Part shown: positions 60,422 through 64,000 of the stretch, piece by piece
Layout: the number at the start of each line of letters is the position of its first letter
Numbering within the stretch: the stretch's first letter is position 1
Assembly (NCBI GenBank): GCA_963663765.2
Contig: CAXXUA010000015.1
Location: 256,001 to 320,000 of the forward strand
Direction of reading: 5' to 3'
Length of the DNA stretch: 64,000 nt
DNA from: Candidatus Poribacteria bacterium
Lineage (GTDB): Bacteria > Poribacteria > WGA-4E > WGA-3G
Program-made: the position numbers and the translations under genes
Notes under the pieces: model-generated
The model's database searches: none
What the model was told of the DNA's origin: nothing
The model's input: only the letters and a program-made list of their open reading frames with translations

Positions 60422-62141
60422 CCTACACTCCGCAGTTGTTTAATCAGATTTTAAGTATTTATGTTATACTCTTTATATCTTTATATTAGGAGTATAACAT
60501 CATCACTCAATCTACTTTTACAACACAACGTTTAGATCACCTCGGCATAGTAGCTGGTGTATGTGATCGTATTGACTTGATAAACACTATTGATACTTGT
60601 ATTTCCCCAACGAAACGGAAAGTTTCAGTGGGTGAATCTGTTGTTGCTATGATCTTGAATGCTTTAGGCTTTGTCTCACGCCCACTCTACTTGACACCTG
60701 AGTTTTTTTCAAATAAACCGGTGGATCTATTGATACGCCCTCATCTCTGTGCTGCCGATTTCACGGACGATTGTCTTGGGCGTGCTTTAGATACACTTTA
60801 TGAAAATGGTGTTACCGAACTTTTTGCGACAGTTGCTTCTAAAGCATTATCAACTTATGAGATTGACCATCGTTTTGTTCATCTGGATAGCACCACGTTT
60901 AGTTTTCAGGGGAACTATGATACCGAAACAGTTGATGAACACGCTATTCACATTACCCACGGGTATAGTCGGGATCAGCGTCCGGATCTCAAACAAGTGG
61001 TAGTTCAACTTCTCTGTTCTTATCGGTCTCAGTTCCCTGTATGGTTCGAAGCACTTGATGGAAATCAGTCTGATAAAACAAGTTTTCCCAACACGATCCG
61101 AGAATATTTGTCTCAACTGCGTGGCAGTGATGCCCCTTATTTTGTAGCGGATAGTGCGCTTTATACAGCACAAAACATTGCGAAGCTGCGTGATGTGCGT
61201 TTTATTACGCGTGTGCCGGAAACACTCAAAGCTGTCAAAGAACTCTACCAAACTATTTCGACTGAAGATATGCAGCCAGCATCTCTTGATGGATATAGTT
61301 ATCTATCAGTAGATAGCACCTATGCGGATGTTCCACAAAGGTGGTTAGTTGTTTATTCACAAGCTGCGTATCATCGTGAAGTGGCAACTTTAGTAAAAAA
61401 GATTGCCAAAGCACAGACAGCCGCACAAACATCACTCAATCGTTTACAAAATAAAACGTATGAGACCGATACAGCTGCGGCATCTGCGGCAACAGTCCTT
61501 GCCAAGTCATGGAAATATCATAAACTTCGTTTCTCCATTATTTCTGTTCCACATTACACTACATCGGGACGCCCCAAAAAGACAGCTAAACCGACACATT
61601 TTCGTTATCGGGTTGAAGGTGAAGTTATTGATGATATAGAAACGATTGAAAAACTCAAACGCAGCAAAGGCCGATTTGTCTTAGCTACCAATGAACTTGA
61701 TACAACTTTACTTGACGATGCGACTATCCTTGAAGCATATAAAGCACAGAACGTGTCTGTAGAACGCGGTTTTCGGTTTTTGAAAGACCCCTTATTCTTT
61801 GCCGATAGTCTATATCTTGAAAAACCCCAGCGGATTATGGCATTACTGATGGTGATGGGACTTTCTTTACTTGTTTACGCTCTTGCCGAACGATGGGTTC
61901 GGCAAGAGCTAAAAAAACAAGAACAAACAATACCTAACCAAGTTGGTAAACCCACGCAAAAACCAACACTCAGGCGTATTTTTCAAATGTTTGAAGGCGT
62001 TGATGTATTATTGATAGAACAAAACGAACATATACAACGGTCTATTGTAAATTTAAATGAAATACACACACAAATCATCAACATTTTAGGCATAGAAGTA
62101 AAAAATGTCTATTTTCCAGATCCATAACTGCGGAGTGTAGG
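60422..62141 (+). mobile_element. IS1634-family insertion sequence
   Basis: Perfect 16-bp TIRs CCTACACTCCGCAGTT / AACTGCGGAGTGTAGG; 6-bp TSD ATTAAG (60416-60421, 62142-62147). Confidence 0.93.
60499..62127 (+). CDS. IS1634 family DDE transposase (apparent ATC start)
   Basis: RLDHLGIVAGVC N-terminus, HLDSTT, GYSRDQRPDLKQ, VADSALY, YKAQ..VERGFRFLKDP. Confidence 0.92.
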   Translation: MITQSTFTTQRLDHLGIVAGVCDRIDLINTIDTCISPTKRKVSVGESVVAMILNALGFVSRPLYLTPEFFSNKPVDLLIRPHLCAADFTDDCLGRALDTLYENGVTELFATVASKALSTYEIDHRFVHLDSTTFSFQGNYDTETVDEHAIHITHGYSRDQRPDLKQVVVQLLCSYRSQFPVWFEALDGNQSDKTSFPNTIREYLSQLRGSDAPYFVADSALYTAQNIAKLRDVRFITRVPETLKAVKELYQTISTEDMQPASLDGYSYLSVDSTYADVPQRWLVVYSQAAYHREVATLVKKIAKAQTAAQTSLNRLQNKTYETDTAAASAATVLAKSWKYHKLRFSIISVPHYTTSGRPKKTAKPTHFRYRVEGEVIDDIETIEKLKRSKGRFVLATNELDTTLLDDATILEAYKAQNVSVERGFRFLKDPLFFADSLYLEKPQRIMALLMVMGLSLLVYALAERWVRQELKKQEQTIPNQVGKPTQKPTLRRIFQMFEGVDVLLIEQNEHIQRSIVNLNEIHTQIINILGIEVKNVYFPDP

Positions 62142-62340
62142 ATTAAGGCATTCCCCGTATGGCATTTGTCGGGACTAAAGAACTGGGGAGGGTAGTCGTT
62201 TTCTATAAACATATCGTCCCTACCAAATCAACGCCAAATGCGCCAAATCAAGAAATCAACGGTATGAATGCCATTAAGGCATTCCCCGGGTATGAATGCC
62301 ATTAAGGCATTCCCCGTATGGCATTTGTCGGGACTAAAGA
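62142..62340. repeat. REP-like cluster right of IS with intact GAATGCCATTAAGGCATTC hairpins
   Basis: Second CATATCGTCCCTA^CGGGACTAAAG interrupted by module 62223-62328. Confidence 0.65.
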
Positions 62341-62662
62341 GCGATATTCATTTTTCAATAATCTAAAACTGATGCAGAAAGTTCGGTTAGGAAACCAAAC
62401 CTGGGTATTAACTTTCAGTAAATCTCAAGAACAGAAAACTCTTAAAACTAAATAATCCTGCTATGATAAAAAATTCTTCAACGAAAACCTGAAGTTATTT
62501 TTATTTATATAATCCTAACAATATCACAGAGCAATGGTAGATCAACACTATATACTCATTCAACTGAAGCACTCAAAAATGGCGAAGGTATTGGTAATAT
62601 ATAAAATATTGTTTGTCAAGTCTTTCTTCAATTTTTATTTTGGATGAGTTTTTATGCTTTTT

Positions 62663-64000
62663 CTATTCATCTGGTGCGTCTAATATCTGAATATCATTCA
62701 TAGGTTTACCATCTGGATCAGTAAGACGTAGATAAAATCCGCATTTATCATTCTCATTGCAAACCTTGACCAGAAATGAGTTTATACCTGATTTTAATGT
62801 AACTGGAATAATGGAGTTGTCTATACCTGCAGGTTGGTTTTTTGTCTTTTCGAATAACAGTTCGCCATTAAACCAAATTTTTGCTTGGTTATCACTACCA
62901 AACCGGACTTGTGCTTGTTGTTCTTCGGTGGCGTGAAGAGCTGTCCATGCATAGGAAACAGATTGAGTGATATCTGAACTGAGATGAATAAACCCGTTGA
63001 GAGTATCATCTGTATGTTTTTTCCAACCAATTTGTTCGTCAATTCCATCATATAGTTTCTTTAACTCAATCAAAGATGATTCTTCGGATATGTACTCAGT
63101 GTTGTATCCGATTCCCGCAGTGTTATCAAATGGTCCGATAGCATACCATGCGTCTTCATGAATGAAACCTGTATTTTGCAATTGTTTCATTGCTTTGTTA
63201 TGTTTGTTGTTTTTGCTGTAGAATTCTGCTAATTTGAGTTGGAGTTTAACCCTGAAGTTTTCAGCGTGTGAATTAGTATATTCAGCGGGTAACATCTTTG
63301 TTAAATTTTGTAGTTTTTGTAGGTATAATTCTTCATCGTTGACTTTTTCGCTAATATCAGTGATTTGTCTCCAGAAAAAAATCAATGTGCGTTCATTGCT
63401 TATTTGACTCAAAGCGTATTTGTAGTGCCTTATTGCCTCATCAAATAAACCTTTGACAGCGCATACCTTACCGAGTGTTGTTGGAAAACCGTATCCTGAA
63501 TGTGCCTCTTTGTAATATGAATATTTTGCTAATGTTAGTGCTGCATCTGGGAATAAATCTTTCTCAAGGAGTTCGTCTATAAGACTTAGATATTGCCAAG
63601 GGTTATGTTGATTGTTGAGTGCCTTCTTTTTTAATTTTAACCATTTGGTGTATGCGGAATCTGCATTTTCTTGGTCGCCAGCAATTTTGTAATGGTCGCC
63701 TAATAGTTCGTAGAGGACAGTACTATTTTGCATAATAGGTTTGATTTCTTCAAGGAAAGGAATGATTTCGTTTTCTTGTCCTTGTTGAGTGTAATAGGTA
63801 GTAATTTTTTGAATAATCAAATCGTGATCAATTTGTCTGAGTGGTGCTTCTAATGCCTGGTGATAGGTCGTGATGGCATTTGGATACTGCATTGCTCTAA
63901 TATAAGATGAAGCTAATAGGTCATATAGTTGGTATGATGTAGGATTGAGTTGGATAGCAGTTTCATAAGCGTTGATTGACTTTTCCAGTTGTTCGGATCT
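62663..64000 (-). CDS. TPR-repeat protein with C-terminal beta-sandwich domain; 5' end outside window
   Basis: Frame open to 64000; TPR-like helices; WYAIGPFDN, GSDNQAKIWFNG, LKSGINSFLVKV. Confidence 0.8.
   Translation of the reverse strand, partial: RSEQLEKSINAYETAIQLNPTSYQLYDLLASSYIRAMQYPNAITTYHQALEAPLRQIDHDLIIQKITTYYTQQGQENEIIPFLEEIKPIMQNSTVLYELLGDHYKIAGDQENADSAYTKWLKLKKKALNNQHNPWQYLSLIDELLEKDLFPDAALTLAKYSYYKEAHSGYGFPTTLGKVCAVKGLFDEAIRHYKYALSQISNERTLIFFWRQITDISEKVNDEELYLQKLQNLTKMLPAEYTNSHAENFRVKLQLKLAEFYSKNNKHNKAMKQLQNTGFIHEDAWYAIGPFDNTAGIGYNTEYISEESSLIELKKLYDGIDEQIGWKKHTDDTLNGFIHLSSDITQSVSYAWTALHATEEQQAQVRFGSDNQAKIWFNGELLFEKTKNQPAGIDNSIIPVTLKSGINSFLVKVCNENDKCGFYLRLTDPDGKPMNDIQILDAPDE

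Noticed and set aside
1-64000. tRNA-Sec, selA/selB/selD, rRNA or tRNA genes
   Set aside because: None recognised in this window, so the selenoprotein calls depend on machinery encoded elsewhere.

Overview
A ~40% GC bacterial window. It resembles Candidatus Poribacteria (inference): secreted proteins end in a GKLxxxWxxxK tail, and it carries three PhyH dioxygenases, signal-peptide WD40 proteins, a sulfatase and sugar-catabolism genes. Housekeeping and metabolic genes (gpmI, prs, GH32, UxaA, SDR, LLM, M16 peptidases, an ECF sigma/anti-sigma/HtrA operon) are interleaved with defence and mobile debris (HsdR, Schlafen/AlbA ATPase, Rpn, a dead TA pair, HNH/DUF4238 pseudogenes, IS1634, MITEs, REP-like arrays). 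The main finding is one the ORF track splits: three predicted selenoprotein lipoproteins within ~5 kb. Two are tandem HMA-domain proteins (GMT-U-GSC and GMV-U-SVC) and one is a UxxC redoxin. Each in-frame TGA is followed by a SECIS-like hairpin, and the two HMA hairpins sit at identical offsets with compensatory base changes. Other highlights: an Rpn nuclease with an internal RpnS-type start plus an orphan RpnS copy, a ~36-nt hairpin module inserted inside other repeats, a 17-unit REP-like array, and an IS1634 with an apparent ATC start inserted into a hairpin loop.
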